The notes: generated from the letters alone by a model not told the origin. Positions 1 through 10,369 are shown, numbered from the stretch's first letter. The stretch: 64,000 nt of DNA from Candidatus Bathyarchaeia archaeon (GCA_049513715.1 JBEKVV010000004.1:32001-96000), one strand, 5' to 3'. Numbers and translations are program-made.

Positions 1-1
1 A

Positions 2-1300
2 CTTGAGGAGGCATCACGCGAACTTGCTAAGACTCATACCGACACAGTTGAGTGGAGAACGATCGGTCAATCTTCCGAAGGCAGACCGGTCACCGCGCTG
101 ATCATTGGTGAGGGTGATCAGTCAGTTTTCCTGTATGGCTTCACTCATCCCAACGAACCTATTGGATCGCTGACAGTTGAGTATCTGGCATCAAGGCTCG
201 CCTCCAGTGCCGAGCTGAGGAAGCGACTCCCATACAGGTTCATACTGGCAAAGGCCATAGATGTTGATGGCGCCAAGTTGAATGAAGGTTGGTTTCGTGG
301 GCCTTTCGACCTGCTGACTTACGCTGAGAATTATTATCGTCCTCCACCGAACGAGCAGGCCGAATGGACGTTTCCAATCGACTACAAGACACTACATTGG
401 AGCACGCCGATTCCGGAGACACAGGCTATCAAGAACGTTGTAGACGAGTTCAAACCGGCGTTCACGTGCATACTCCATAACGCCGACTTCTGTGGGATCT
501 ACTACTACCTCAGCCACCCGCTTCCTGCAGCCTACGCGGAACTAAAACGCATTCCCAGCTTCGAAGGGCTCCCTCTGCATCGAGGCGAGCCGCCTGACGA
601 ACTCTACCTCAAAACCTTTGACGAAGGCATATACCACGATTACGGCACAAGCGACGAGTACGAATTCCTATCCTCAACACTCAAAGCCGACCCGGCAACA
701 AGAATCAACTATGGAACCGATTGCTACGAATACATCCGGAACCTCTATGACGGCTTTTGTTTCACGTGCGAACTCCCCCACTTCTACGACGAAAGAATCC
801 AAGACACAACTCCCACTCAGGAAAAAAGAAGGGACCTACTTCTGGGGAGTCTCGAAATCGAAGCCGACACGCAGAGGTTCATTCAACGTATCGTGGATGA
901 ATCTCGTAAACTCGTCAATATGAACTCGAGAATCTCTCGCGCAGTCCAATACTTCCTTGACCGTTGGACCAACCTTCAGCAAGCCACACATGCATTTTCA
1001 GAGGACGGTGCCTTTGATCGACCAGCAACGATCGCGGAGAAATTCGACCTCACTGTCCTTAAGAGATTCTCGCAAATGCCGATACTTGGAATGGTGGAGA
1101 GGTTTCTCAATGAGGCCGAGGCTAGAACAGGACACCGGAAACTACGACCGTTGCGGAACGAGGTGCATTCACGCCTACTCGAGCTCAACAACGTCATTAA
1201 GCAAGAATCCAACCCGCACCCAATTCCCCCGCGCACACTTGTGCGAATTCAGCTTCAAAGCGCGTTAACTTGTCTGAGGCACTTTGATTCTCAGGAATGA
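2..1300 (+). CDS. M14 family zinc carboxypeptidase-like protein (5' partial)
   Basis: Frame is open from base 2: ...TIGQSSEGRPVTALIIG...THPNEPIG (HxxE zinc motif), later LHN and CELP. The track start at 278 is internal. Confidence 0.8.
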   Translation, partial: LEEASRELAKTHTDTVEWRTIGQSSEGRPVTALIIGEGDQSVFLYGFTHPNEPIGSLTVEYLASRLASSAELRKRLPYRFILAKAIDVDGAKLNEGWFRGPFDLLTYAENYYRPPPNEQAEWTFPIDYKTLHWSTPIPETQAIKNVVDEFKPAFTCILHNADFCGIYYYLSHPLPAAYAELKRIPSFEGLPLHRGEPPDELYLKTFDEGIYHDYGTSDEYEFLSSTLKADPATRINYGTDCYEYIRNLYDGFCFTCELPHFYDERIQDTTPTQEKRRDLLLGSLEIEADTQRFIQRIVDESRKLVNMNSRISRAVQYFLDRWTNLQQATHAFSEDGAFDRPATIAEKFDLTVLKRFSQMPILGMVERFLNEAEARTGHRKLRPLRNEVHSRLLELNNVIKQESNPHPIPPRTLVRIQLQSALTCLRHFDSQE

Positions 1301-1608
1301 AGGCTGAGGGGAAAATCACGATCAGCTGGTACGGACGACTGAATTTGAACCGCCCAAGGGCGGCTTGAGACAACGCCAAGAGATTAGGCCCGGAACGAAC
1401 AACACTTACTGATTCCTCGCTGCGAGCACCAAGAACATCGTTACTGTTCTAAGTAGCCGCAAAATCCCCCCTTAGACCACCTTACTTGGGAAATGTCGAA
1501 AAATACTACGCGAGTAATATGCTCAACATTCTTACACTAATTATACTACATGCCAAGAATCTTTCTCCGAGTGACCATATTCTTGGATACGATACAGCAA
1601 AGTCCGGC

Positions 1609-2280
1609 ATGGTTTTGATATTGACCCACGAATTTCAAATTGCGCCCGAAATGTACCTGAAAACGATTTACAACCTCGAAACGAGAACGGAAGCAGCCCG
1701 CACAGGAGACATAGCCAACATCCTCAAGATCACACCTGGCAGCGTAACGAATACGCTGGAAGTGCTTGAGTCTAAGGGGTTGGTGGAACGTGAGCCTTAC
1801 AAAGGCGTCAAGCTGACCGCGCAAGGAAAGAAACTGGCTCTCTCAGTTTTCAGACGGCATAGGCTTGCTGAAAGGCTTCTGGCCGACGTCTTGAGCCTCG
1901 ACTGGGCCGAGTCGCATGAGGAAGCGTGCAAGCTAGAGCACGCTATTAGCGACCGGTTGGCCTCCTCGATTGAGAAGGCACTGAAATACCCGAATACATG
2001 TCCGCACGGAAACCCAATTCCAACAGAGAACGGCTCGATGAATGTGCTAGATGGGCAGGCTCTGTCGGAGCTTGGAAGCGGGCAAGTGGCGACTGTAAGC
2101 AGGATCCCAGACGAGAATACTGAGTTCCTCCGCTACTTGGCAACCTTAGGGATGTACCCTGGCGTTAAGATTGAAGTTGAGGAGAAGGCGCCGTTCAAGG
2201 GTCCGATGCTCGTGAAGGTAGGATCAAGCTCGTACCCGCTCAGTCTCGAAGTGGCCTCAGGAATCTACGTGAAGAAATAG
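1609..2280 (+). CDS. DtxR/MntR family metal-dependent repressor with C-terminal FeoA domain
   Basis: EMYLKTIY wHTH, RRHRLAE, EACKLEH, CPHGNPIP and FeoA-like C-terminus. ATG 1609 preferred over the track start at 1486. Confidence 0.9.
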   Translation: MVLILTHEFQIAPEMYLKTIYNLETRTEAARTGDIANILKITPGSVTNTLEVLESKGLVEREPYKGVKLTAQGKKLALSVFRRHRLAERLLADVLSLDWAESHEEACKLEHAISDRLASSIEKALKYPNTCPHGNPIPTENGSMNVLDGQALSELGSGQVATVSRIPDENTEFLRYLATLGMYPGVKIEVEEKAPFKGPMLVKVGSSSYPLSLEVASGIYVKK

Positions 2281-2344
2281 GATCTAGAACCGCCACCGGC
2301 CCATCGCAGCCAGTCCCCTTAAGACTCGAAGACCGTTCAGCTTC

Positions 2345-3091
2345 TTACAAGCGAAGAGCTTGGGTTGTCGCAAAGATAACGAGTATTCCAAGCACGGTGG
2401 CGAACAATAGTTTCAGCGAGTTTTCATGGCGGTGGGCTTCCGGGAGTAAGTCGGTTGCCCCGAGGTAGATGAATTCACCCGCGAAGAAGGCCAAAACAAC
2501 GCCTATTATCCACAATGGAATCGCGGCTAGGAGTGTCACTGCAGCTCCTAGCAGCGGTGTGACTGAATCCAAAACAAGCCAGCTGAACGCGGTCCGTTGA
2601 GTGCTGCCTGACCGGAGCATCACGGTGACAGTGTTCAGGCCATCAGAGAAGTCATGGAAGACAACAGCGAAGGCAACGACCAGGCCCAGCTCAAGCCCAA
2701 CATAGAACGCGGTGCCAATCGCGACGCCGTCCAGGAAACTGTGCAAGGACAGGCCAGATGCTTTGATGATGCCGCTAAATTGAGGTGCGTGCTCAAGTCT
2801 ACCCTCCTTTTGCGTGTGGAGGCAAAGTATGCACTGGTCCAGCGTGTGGAACACCAAGAACGCCACCACAACCACCGACATCAGAAGGCTGACACCGATT
2901 CCTGTGTTCATGGAAATTGAGATCGACTCGGGAAGGAGGTCGAAGAACGAGATTCCAATCAGCGCTCCAGCAGCGAAAGCAAACACCATGTTGATGTTAA
3001 CTGCACTTCTGCGTAGGGTGAATATGCCGCCAATCATGGTCGAGAAGAAAGTGATTGCCACAAACAGGAAACCGTACGACAGCGGCAACAC
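2345..3091 (-). CDS. ZIP family divalent metal transporter
   Basis: LHSFLDG and FHDFSDG TM4/TM5 motifs, DLLPE, LLPEAH, multiple TM helices. Confidence 0.9.
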   Translation of the reverse strand: MLPLSYGFLFVAITFFSTMIGGIFTLRRSAVNINMVFAFAAGALIGISFFDLLPESISISMNTGIGVSLLMSVVVVAFLVFHTLDQCILCLHTQKEGRLEHAPQFSGIIKASGLSLHSFLDGVAIGTAFYVGLELGLVVAFAVVFHDFSDGLNTVTVMLRSGSTQRTAFSWLVLDSVTPLLGAAVTLLAAIPLWIIGVVLAFFAGEFIYLGATDLLPEAHRHENSLKLLFATVLGILVIFATTQALRL

Positions 3092-3129
3092 AGATCCAAT
3101 CCGGACGCGAAGAAAGGATCAACCTTGCT

Positions 3130-4149
3130 TTAACGTTTAACTTGACCCTGCACTCCACCCAAAGCGAGTGTCGAGATTCCACTAAAGATTCGAAGCCCAA
3201 CTAATGCCCCTAAGACACTCGCAAACAGAACCATCAAGGAGAAAACTTGAGGCTGAATTGACCAAGGAAACAGATACAATGTGAACGGGAAATAGGTCCA
3301 ATAGAACAGAACACCTGGTACAATTGATGACACGGCGAGCGAGAGTGTGCGCTTCATTTTCCGATTCATAACAGCCACTAGGGCGTCAAAAATCGCCACG
3401 GGGACAATTCCCCATGGAACGTAGGCAGGCGCGCCGACATATGCCACGACGAAAAAGTATGTCACACCGTGGAAGATAACCGCGACAATTGTTGCAGAGC
3501 CAATGCGATGCAGCACTTGCTTCACCGGAACAAGCACTACCATGCTGACCAGCGACAGGAGAACAGCAACGATCCAAACGGAAGGACTGCCCCGGTAGGA
3601 ACGTGCTAGGTAGATTAGTGCGCCAGCTGATGCGAGCCAGATCGATGCGAAAACCAACAGCATGCATACAACAACCATCCATCTTCTCATTGAGGAAACG
3701 ACTAGAATGCTGCGTGTAATCATGCCATATTCGATGGCCAACCCAACAATCATGCCTAGGGAAATTGTGAGCATGCCCAATGTGAGGAGTGCGTGGGCGG
3801 GGGCGATTTTTGGTTCAGGTGGAAACAGGTGGTGAACTATTTCGTTCCAAACTCCAGCCACGATTTGCATCCCCGATCCGAGTGCCGCGAGCTTCAGTCC
3901 ACTAACATTTGCAAAGTTGACTGGGCTCACTGAAGGAGCTGGTTGGGGCGGTCTAAAGCGAAGGCCACGCCAGACAGCGACAATCACTACTGCCACTCCA
4001 AAGTAGAGCGTTAGGTGGGCAGGGTTCCACCATGGGTCTACGCTTCCAAAAAGAAGGTGTGAGTATACATCCCACCATCCAGCTAAAACTTGAAGCGTGG
4101 CTCCCACGGATCCAAGCAAATAGCTGGTCTGTCTAGAAGCGTAAGCCAA
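3130..4149 (-). CDS. Multi-pass membrane protein with two W[D/N]xxxH...PAH putative metal-binding motifs
   Basis: Roughly 9-10 hydrophobic segments; WDVYSH...NPAH and WNEIVH...APAH. Confidence 0.7.
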   Translation of the reverse strand: MAYASRQTSYLLGSVGATLQVLAGWWDVYSHLLFGSVDPWWNPAHLTLYFGVAVVIVAVWRGLRFRPPQPAPSVSPVNFANVSGLKLAALGSGMQIVAGVWNEIVHHLFPPEPKIAPAHALLTLGMLTISLGMIVGLAIEYGMITRSILVVSSMRRWMVVVCMLLVFASIWLASAGALIYLARSYRGSPSVWIVAVLLSLVSMVVLVPVKQVLHRIGSATIVAVIFHGVTYFFVVAYVGAPAYVPWGIVPVAIFDALVAVMNRKMKRTLSLAVSSIVPGVLFYWTYFPFTLYLFPWSIQPQVFSLMVLFASVLGALVGLRIFSGISTLALGGVQGQVKR

Positions 4150-4168
4150 GGTTGGCCCTTCTGTGATG

Positions 4169-4630
4169 TCAGAGGAGTCTGAAGTCTTCCTTAACGGTAG
4201 TTAGGACTACGTGGGTGTTGGTTCGGTCGACGAAGGGCATTGCGAGAAGGCTCTTCGTGAATTTACTCAGCTCTTCTCGGTTGTGGAATTTAGCGATCAC
4301 CAAAGCATCTGTCATGCCAGTAACATCATAAACTGCACATGTGCTCGAGAGCTTGCCGATAGCTTGCTCCATCTCAATCAGTTTGCCTTTAGATACAGTG
4401 ATTTCAGCCAGTACGGTGAGCTGGTAATCTAGCTTCTCATGGTCAAGAAGGGCCGAGTAACCCCTAATCAACCCGGCCTTCTCCATACGTCGAATCCGGG
4501 TCAGGGCCGTCCCGACCGAAATGCCCGCTTTTAGTGCGATAGCGCGATATGATTTCCTACAATCGCGAAGAAGCTCTGTCAGAATCTTCTTGTCGACTTC
4601 ATCGATGCGCATTTGTTCAGGAATTGGCAT
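4169..4630 (-). CDS. Lrp/AsnC family transcriptional regulator
   Basis: DEVDKKIL...RIRRMEKAGLIRGY HTH, VYDVTG RAM domain. Confidence 0.92.
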   Translation of the reverse strand: MPIPEQMRIDEVDKKILTELLRDCRKSYRAIALKAGISVGTALTRIRRMEKAGLIRGYSALLDHEKLDYQLTVLAEITVSKGKLIEMEQAIGKLSSTCAVYDVTGMTDALVIAKFHNREELSKFTKSLLAMPFVDRTNTHVVLTTVKEDFRLL

Positions 4631-4728
4631 GTTTCATCACCGAAACTATACAGATGTAGTGTAGCAACTGCATTGGCTGTACATGCGTTTATTGTTTTTC
4701 CCTTAAGCAATATATTTGTTCAGCGACA

Positions 4729-6267
4729 ATGCGGCTTTTCCATAGTTCGATACAGTGGAGCGAACAAATCCTGGAGCAAACCAAGAGCATCGGTTCCGGT
4801 AACAGCGCGTTCGCCCTCCGCCCGAACAGTGGCTACCACCGTTTCAAGATTGAAACCCACGAGGCTCCGCCAAGGCGCAAACAGCCTCGCCCTTTCAACC
4901 CAAGAGTCAGCAAAATCGGGTTGGCAAGTGTGCTGATAAGCGAGGCGTTAAAGCTCCGCCTCAAGCTCACTCGGAAAGAATACCGAAAGATGCTGCTGAG
5001 TAGGCCGTGCATCTACGGCGTTTTCGGCAGTAAACTGGGAGGGTTTCACCCAATCAAAGACAAGTGCGTGGGGTGCATGAGATGCGTCCAGGAATATCCT
5101 GGCGTCTGCGTGGTTGACCGCAACCCCGAGTTCTTCAAGTTCGCAGACTCCTACTGGGTTCCAGACGATCCTTCAACATCCAACTCAACCCCAGTCTCAA
5201 TAGTCGCCTACGAAGCTGAAACCGGCAAGATTCCAATCAAAGGCATGGGGTACAAAGGAGCCTTTGCAGGACGCGGATGGGATTCGATTTGGACCGATAT
5301 GTCGGAGATAGTGAGGCCAACACGGGACGGAGTCTATGGAAGAGAGTACATCTCCACAACCGTTGATGTTGGGAGAAAGCCTAGGTTCCTAGAGTTCGCG
5401 GGCAAAGATGTTAAACAAGAATCTCGGGTCGTAGAAATATCGCTCCCAATAATCTTCGACTATTTGCCACCCAACCTCAACAACCAATCAATCATTGGTT
5501 CAATCGCTGGCGCAGCTCAGCGCACAGGCACGTTGTTTGTCGCAACCCCAGAACAGTCTGAAAGCCTCCCCGCGACCAACCTCAACAGTCTAGTCCCATT
5601 AGTGTCAGCCCAAAATCTGACACGACACGGATGTGGGTCGAACAACGCGGTCATGATTGAGTTGACCAACTACGATGCTGAGACGGTTGAGCAAATCAGG
5701 CGAATGAAACCCAAAACGCCCATTTCCGTTCGTCTACCCTTGAGTAGTGATGCCGGCCGAATCGCAACTGAACTGGTAAGAGCAGGTGTCGATGTAGTTC
5801 ACCTCTGCGCGAACTACCACGGCGAAGGATGGGATGTGGGTTCTCCGATTTTCGCGAAGGATCTGATGCGTTCTGTTCACGGAAAGCTTGTTGAAGAATC
5901 GGTTAGAGATGAAGTCACGTTGATTCTGAGCGGCGGGGTAACACTCGCCGAACATATCCCGAAGGCCATTATGTGCGGGGCCGACCTTGTCGCCTTAGAG
6001 GCTACAACCCTCGTTGCTCTGCAAGCTCAGTTTCTTGGCGAATGCCCCTCACCAGAGCAAGGCCGAATCAAGCCTGACAAGTTCAGCCAGCGATGGGGAG
6101 AGCAACGGCTCGTCAACCTTCTGGCTTCCTGGCACGATCAACTGATCGAAATCCTGAGCGCCATGGGCATACGAGATGTCAGAAGACTGAGGGGGGACGT
6201 TGGCCGTGCAATGTTCAACGAAGATTTGGAAAGGGAGGCTTTTGCTGGGATTGATCGGAGAAAATGA
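4729..6267 (+). CDS. Glutamate synthase-related protein: ferredoxin-like motif plus degenerate FMN-barrel domain
   Basis: CVGCMRC, WTDMSEIVRPTRDG, VRDEVTLILSGG, MGIRDVRRLRG; lacks AQGAKPG. Start uncertain. Confidence 0.75.
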   Translation: MRLFHSSIQWSEQILEQTKSIGSGNSAFALRPNSGYHRFKIETHEAPPRRKQPRPFNPRVSKIGLASVLISEALKLRLKLTRKEYRKMLLSRPCIYGVFGSKLGGFHPIKDKCVGCMRCVQEYPGVCVVDRNPEFFKFADSYWVPDDPSTSNSTPVSIVAYEAETGKIPIKGMGYKGAFAGRGWDSIWTDMSEIVRPTRDGVYGREYISTTVDVGRKPRFLEFAGKDVKQESRVVEISLPIIFDYLPPNLNNQSIIGSIAGAAQRTGTLFVATPEQSESLPATNLNSLVPLVSAQNLTRHGCGSNNAVMIELTNYDAETVEQIRRMKPKTPISVRLPLSSDAGRIATELVRAGVDVVHLCANYHGEGWDVGSPIFAKDLMRSVHGKLVEESVRDEVTLILSGGVTLAEHIPKAIMCGADLVALEATTLVALQAQFLGECPSPEQGRIKPDKFSQRWGEQRLVNLLASWHDQLIEILSAMGIRDVRRLRGDVGRAMFNEDLEREAFAGIDRRK

Positions 6268-7531
6268 ACTGGTCATCAACAAACACCGAGAACGAATAAA
6301 CCACGGCCTAGAAGTTCTCCCGACCCTGAAATTCGGGGTTCCAGGTGGCCTGGGAAATAAGCGGTGGACGTCTGAGCTGATTCTCGCAACCTACGAACAG
6401 GCCACGACGGGAAAACCACCTGTAGCTTTTGAGTACAAGGTAGGGAAATCTGGCGGAGGGTTTGATCGTTTAGACTTCAAGAAAACGGGCAACGGGCCTC
6501 CTGATGATGAAGAATCCTTTGACCTCTCAATCCAACTAAACCGTCGCCCCTCAGGCCCAAAGATTGACATTCCAATTCCAGTCTACGGCGCGGGAATGTC
6601 ATTTGGTTCAGTTAGCCTCAACTTTATGTTGGCGCGTGCAATTGCCGCGAAACGACTGAACACATTCACTTGCACTGGCGAGGGTGGATATCCCCCTCAA
6701 CTCCTAGACTACAAGGACCACGTCATAACCCAAGTGGCAACGGGGATGTTCGGCGTTCGCGAGGATACCATTCAAGCAGCAAGAATTGTCGAGTTCAAGT
6801 ATGCACAAGGAGCCAAACCTGGCCTCGGGGGGCATCTGCTGGCTGACAAGGTCACGTCCGAAGTCGCGAGCATGAGGGAATCAGTACCCTTCACAGGATT
6901 ATACTCCCCCTTCCCATTCCACAGCGTTTACTCAGTTGAGGACCACAGGAAACACGTTGACTGGATGCGTATAGTCAACCCACGTTGTCTTGTATCGGTC
7001 AAGGTCTCTACCCCAGTCGACGTTGATATGGTCGCCATTGGAAGCTACTATGCAAACGCGAACATCATCCACATTGACGGCGGCTACGGCGGAACGGGCG
7101 CGGCTCCTGAAATCGCGAAGAAGAACATCGCAATGCCCATTGAATACGCGATTCCCAAGGTTCACCAGTACCTCATGGCGGAAGGAGTCAGGGACGAAGT
7201 CACACTGATGGCGAGTGGCGGAATCCGAACCGCATACGACGTCACCAAAGCAATTGCCCTCGGGGCTGATGGCTGCGTCATAGGAACAGCCGAGTGCGTT
7301 GCGGTTGGTTGCACCCACTGCGGAAACTGCGAGCGTGGGCGAGGGTGCCAAGTCGGAATCACCACAACAGACCCAGAGCTGACTCAACTCATTGATCCGG
7401 AGTGGGGTGCACAGAGAATCATGAACCTTTACAATTCGTGGTGCCAGCAGTGGAAGACTATTCTCAAGAACCTAGGTCTGCGGTCTATCAGGGAACTGAG
7501 GGGTAGAACAGATCTCCTAGTCTACGGGTGA
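6251..7531 (+). CDS. Glutamate synthase FMN-binding subunit (GltB2-type)
   Basis: GMSFGS, TGEGG, QVATGMFGV, KYAQGAKPGLGGHL, CTHCGNC...C Fe-S motif. In-frame TTG 6251 preferred as start. Confidence 0.88.
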   Translation: MIGENELVINKHRERINHGLEVLPTLKFGVPGGLGNKRWTSELILATYEQATTGKPPVAFEYKVGKSGGGFDRLDFKKTGNGPPDDEESFDLSIQLNRRPSGPKIDIPIPVYGAGMSFGSVSLNFMLARAIAAKRLNTFTCTGEGGYPPQLLDYKDHVITQVATGMFGVREDTIQAARIVEFKYAQGAKPGLGGHLLADKVTSEVASMRESVPFTGLYSPFPFHSVYSVEDHRKHVDWMRIVNPRCLVSVKVSTPVDVDMVAIGSYYANANIIHIDGGYGGTGAAPEIAKKNIAMPIEYAIPKVHQYLMAEGVRDEVTLMASGGIRTAYDVTKAIALGADGCVIGTAECVAVGCTHCGNCERGRGCQVGITTTDPELTQLIDPEWGAQRIMNLYNSWCQQWKTILKNLGLRSIRELRGRTDLLVYG

Positions 7532-10068
7532 ATGCAATGAGCTTCGTCCAGGAAATAACTCACTCTAGAGCGGCACTAGTTCGAGGGCTCACGATTGGCC
7601 CGAAGGTGGAGGCCGAGGGCGGGTGCGGAGTTATTGGCCTAGCATGCACCGCGGCAATCCCGGGCAGACACATACTCCAAGCCTTGGCACAGATGAAGAA
7701 CCGCGGAAACGGAAAGGGTGGAGGAATCGCGGCCCTCGGACTTTCCGCGGCTCGCTTGGGTATCTCACAACAAGTGCTAGAGGAAGATTACCTCGTTCAA
7801 GTTGCATACTTGGACGTTTCCGCGCAGGCTGAAGTCGAGAGAGACTTCATTTCTCCATATCTCAGAGTTGATGCTGCAAATTGGGTTGAAACCGTAGCCG
7901 ACTACAGAGAGATTCCAGGCTTAGAAGTGAAGCCACCTGCAGTGCGCCGGTACTTCTGTCGGGTGAAAGAAGAAGTGCTCGGGCAATTCATGAAACGAAG
8001 CGGCATCCTTGAAAGGCAAAGGGCCGAGGACGAGTTCATCTACCAGAACAGCTACGCGCTGAACAAGAAATTCTACGCGTCTCTCGGCGACAAGAAAGCT
8101 TTCGTCCTCTCGCATGGGAAAGACATGATGGTTCTCAAAATCGTTGGGTACGGAGACCAAGTGGTTCGGTACTACAAGCTGGAAGACTTTGAAGCACACG
8201 TTTGGATTGGCCACCACAGGTACCCAACAAAAGGCAGGGTATGGCATCCGGGAGGCGCCCACCCCTTCGTAGGATTACACGAGGCACTCGTCCACAACGG
8301 CGACTTCTCCAATTATCACTCGATCTCAGAATACTTGGCTCAAAGGAACATCTACCCGCTTTTCCTGACGGACACGGAGGTCGCTGTCTATCTGTTTGAC
8401 CTCTGGAGGAGAGTATACGGGTACCCGATCGAGTACCTGATCGAAGCCATGGCTCCAACCACAGAACGGGACTTCTACATGCTCCCTGACGAGAAGAGGC
8501 GCATCTACCGAGAGATACAGGCGGCACACATTCACGGCTCCCCTGACGGCCCATGGTTCTTCATCGTGGGGCGAAGCGAAAGCGGGGGACGGCAGCTACA
8601 GCTCCTGGGTATCACTGACACATCTATGCTGCGCCCCCAGGTCTTTGCGATCCAAGAGGGCGAAGCCAAGATCGGTTTAATTGCATCAGAACGTCAGGCA
8701 ATTGATGCTTGTTTGAAGAGCCTAGCATCAGAGGATGGTCGGTTCGCGGCCAAAGCTGACCTATACTGGAATGCACGCGGCGGAAGCTACACAGACGGCG
8801 GAGCGTTCATCTTCACCGTTGACCGCACCAAAGAGAAACCACAACTGACTTGCATTGACAAATTCGGACGAGAAGTCAACGCACCGGCGAAGGCTCCTGA
8901 TGATCTGGTCCTGAAAGGAGTTCTCCAGCTCAACAGCAAGCGCCCGCCTGAGTCGCCGTTCTCTTTCGATTCGAGGGCCAAGACGATTGAGGAATTGTGC
9001 AGCGGACTCGTTGCTGCGTCTCAGAAGCGCCTGGACGAACGAAAATTATCGGTGGCCGCCATGGCATGGATCCTTGATCACCTCCATCTCATTCCGCACG
9101 GTAGAGCGGGAAGAATCCGAGAGAGAGTCGAGTCGTCCCTCTACGTGATCCTCAGAAGCTTTCCATCGGTTTCTAGCATGCATGAATCTGACTGGACGCT
9201 ACTGGACTTTTCAACTAGTGGCCTGTTACGAGCGCCGTCCGAAAACGAGAGTACGTTATTGCTCGATGTATGCGATTTTCCCGCTGAAGGAGACCGATCC
9301 GCTGCGGCTTTGATTGTTGCCGCGTACCGGAGGGGTTGGAAGCGGGTATTGTCTTTCGATTGGCGAGGGCAGAGGTTCTGCGGCTCAGGGTTAGGCCCAC
9401 AGAGCAATGGTTTCAGAATAGACGTCTTCGGGAACCCTGGGGATTACTTGGGTTCGGGGCTCGACGGAGCGGAAATCTACGTGCACACCTCAGCCCAAGA
9501 TCAAGTCGCCCAGATAATGAAATCGGGAAAGCTAGTAATCTACGGTGATGTGGGGCAGACTTTCATGTATGCCGCAAAGGGCGGTGAGGTCTACGTTCTC
9601 GGAAACGCTGCGGGACGCCCACTCATCAACGCCGTGGGCCATCCGCGAGTGATCATAAACGGAACTTGCCTAGACTACTTGGCAGAGTCATTCATGGCAG
9701 GAGATCCACTTAACGGCGGAGGTTTCGTCATAGTCAACGGAATCAAACTCGGAGAAGATGGAAGAGTCCAAAGCCTCGACACTCCATATCCAGGAGGAAA
9801 CCTCTTTTCCCTCGCATCTGGCGGCGCTATTTACATCAGGGATCCATCTGGCAGGGTCGGTTCGGATCAACTAAACGGGGGACAGTTGACTGCACTACAA
9901 GATTCAGACTGGAGAATTATCAGGCCATACCTTGAGGAAAACGAGAAGCTATTCGGAATCGAGATTGAGCAATTGCTGAGAATGGGCGAAACCATAGCTG
10001 CGCCTTCGCAAGTGTTTCGTAAGGTTGAGGCAGTTCCTTTGAGTGTCCTGGCCACGGTAAACGGCTAA
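7528..10068 (+). CDS. Glutamate synthase amidotransferase domain fused to GXGXG domain (GltB1+GltB3)
   Basis: EGGCGVIG Ntn Cys, NRGNG, HHRYPT, HPF, VHNGD, DTE; C-terminal GXGXG beta-helix repeats. Confidence 0.88.
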   Translation: MNAMSFVQEITHSRAALVRGLTIGPKVEAEGGCGVIGLACTAAIPGRHILQALAQMKNRGNGKGGGIAALGLSAARLGISQQVLEEDYLVQVAYLDVSAQAEVERDFISPYLRVDAANWVETVADYREIPGLEVKPPAVRRYFCRVKEEVLGQFMKRSGILERQRAEDEFIYQNSYALNKKFYASLGDKKAFVLSHGKDMMVLKIVGYGDQVVRYYKLEDFEAHVWIGHHRYPTKGRVWHPGGAHPFVGLHEALVHNGDFSNYHSISEYLAQRNIYPLFLTDTEVAVYLFDLWRRVYGYPIEYLIEAMAPTTERDFYMLPDEKRRIYREIQAAHIHGSPDGPWFFIVGRSESGGRQLQLLGITDTSMLRPQVFAIQEGEAKIGLIASERQAIDACLKSLASEDGRFAAKADLYWNARGGSYTDGGAFIFTVDRTKEKPQLTCIDKFGREVNAPAKAPDDLVLKGVLQLNSKRPPESPFSFDSRAKTIEELCSGLVAASQKRLDERKLSVAAMAWILDHLHLIPHGRAGRIRERVESSLYVILRSFPSVSSMHESDWTLLDFSTSGLLRAPSENESTLLLDVCDFPAEGDRSAAALIVAAYRRGWKRVLSFDWRGQRFCGSGLGPQSNGFRIDVFGNPGDYLGSGLDGAEIYVHTSAQDQVAQIMKSGKLVIYGDVGQTFMYAAKGGEVYVLGNAAGRPLINAVGHPRVIINGTCLDYLAESFMAGDPLNGGGFVIVNGIKLGEDGRVQSLDTPYPGGNLFSLASGGAIYIRDPSGRVGSDQLNGGQLTALQDSDWRIIRPYLEENEKLFGIEIEQLLRMGETIAAPSQVFRKVEAVPLSVLATVNG

Positions 10069-10123
10069 CGTCTTGAACGTTAGAATAAATTAGGGAAGAA
10101 AAAAGGAAGGAACCTGCACGGTT

Positions 10124-10369
10124 TTACTTTACAGGTGGTGCAATTACCATTTCTTTGCCACACTTGTCACAATGGGTCACGTTTCCTGGAACCTGGGCGC
10201 TGCAGCTTGGACATGTCTTCAGTCTGAGGCCGTTCGATTTGATGTATTGGTGCATCATCTTGGTTAGCTCAGTGTAACTCAACAGACCTCCCTTTGGTGT
10301 ACCGGTAAGCATTGAGAGTGTGTCGTCTGCTACGATCGACCTTTGTGTGAGCATACTCTCTCTAGCCAT
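10124..10369 (-). CDS. Small SWIB/MDM2-like domain plus zinc-ribbon protein
   Basis: LSMLTG...LSYTELTKMMHQYIKSNGL followed by CPSC-x10-CDKCG; GGAGGTG SD-like sequence upstream. Confidence 0.7.
   Translation of the reverse strand: MARESMLTQRSIVADDTLSMLTGTPKGGLLSYTELTKMMHQYIKSNGLRLKTCPSCSAQVPGNVTHCDKCGKEMVIAPPVK

Noticed and set aside
3130..4149. Ammonia/methane monooxygenase
   Set aside because: Only motif-level resemblance to subunit C; no A or B subunits in the window.
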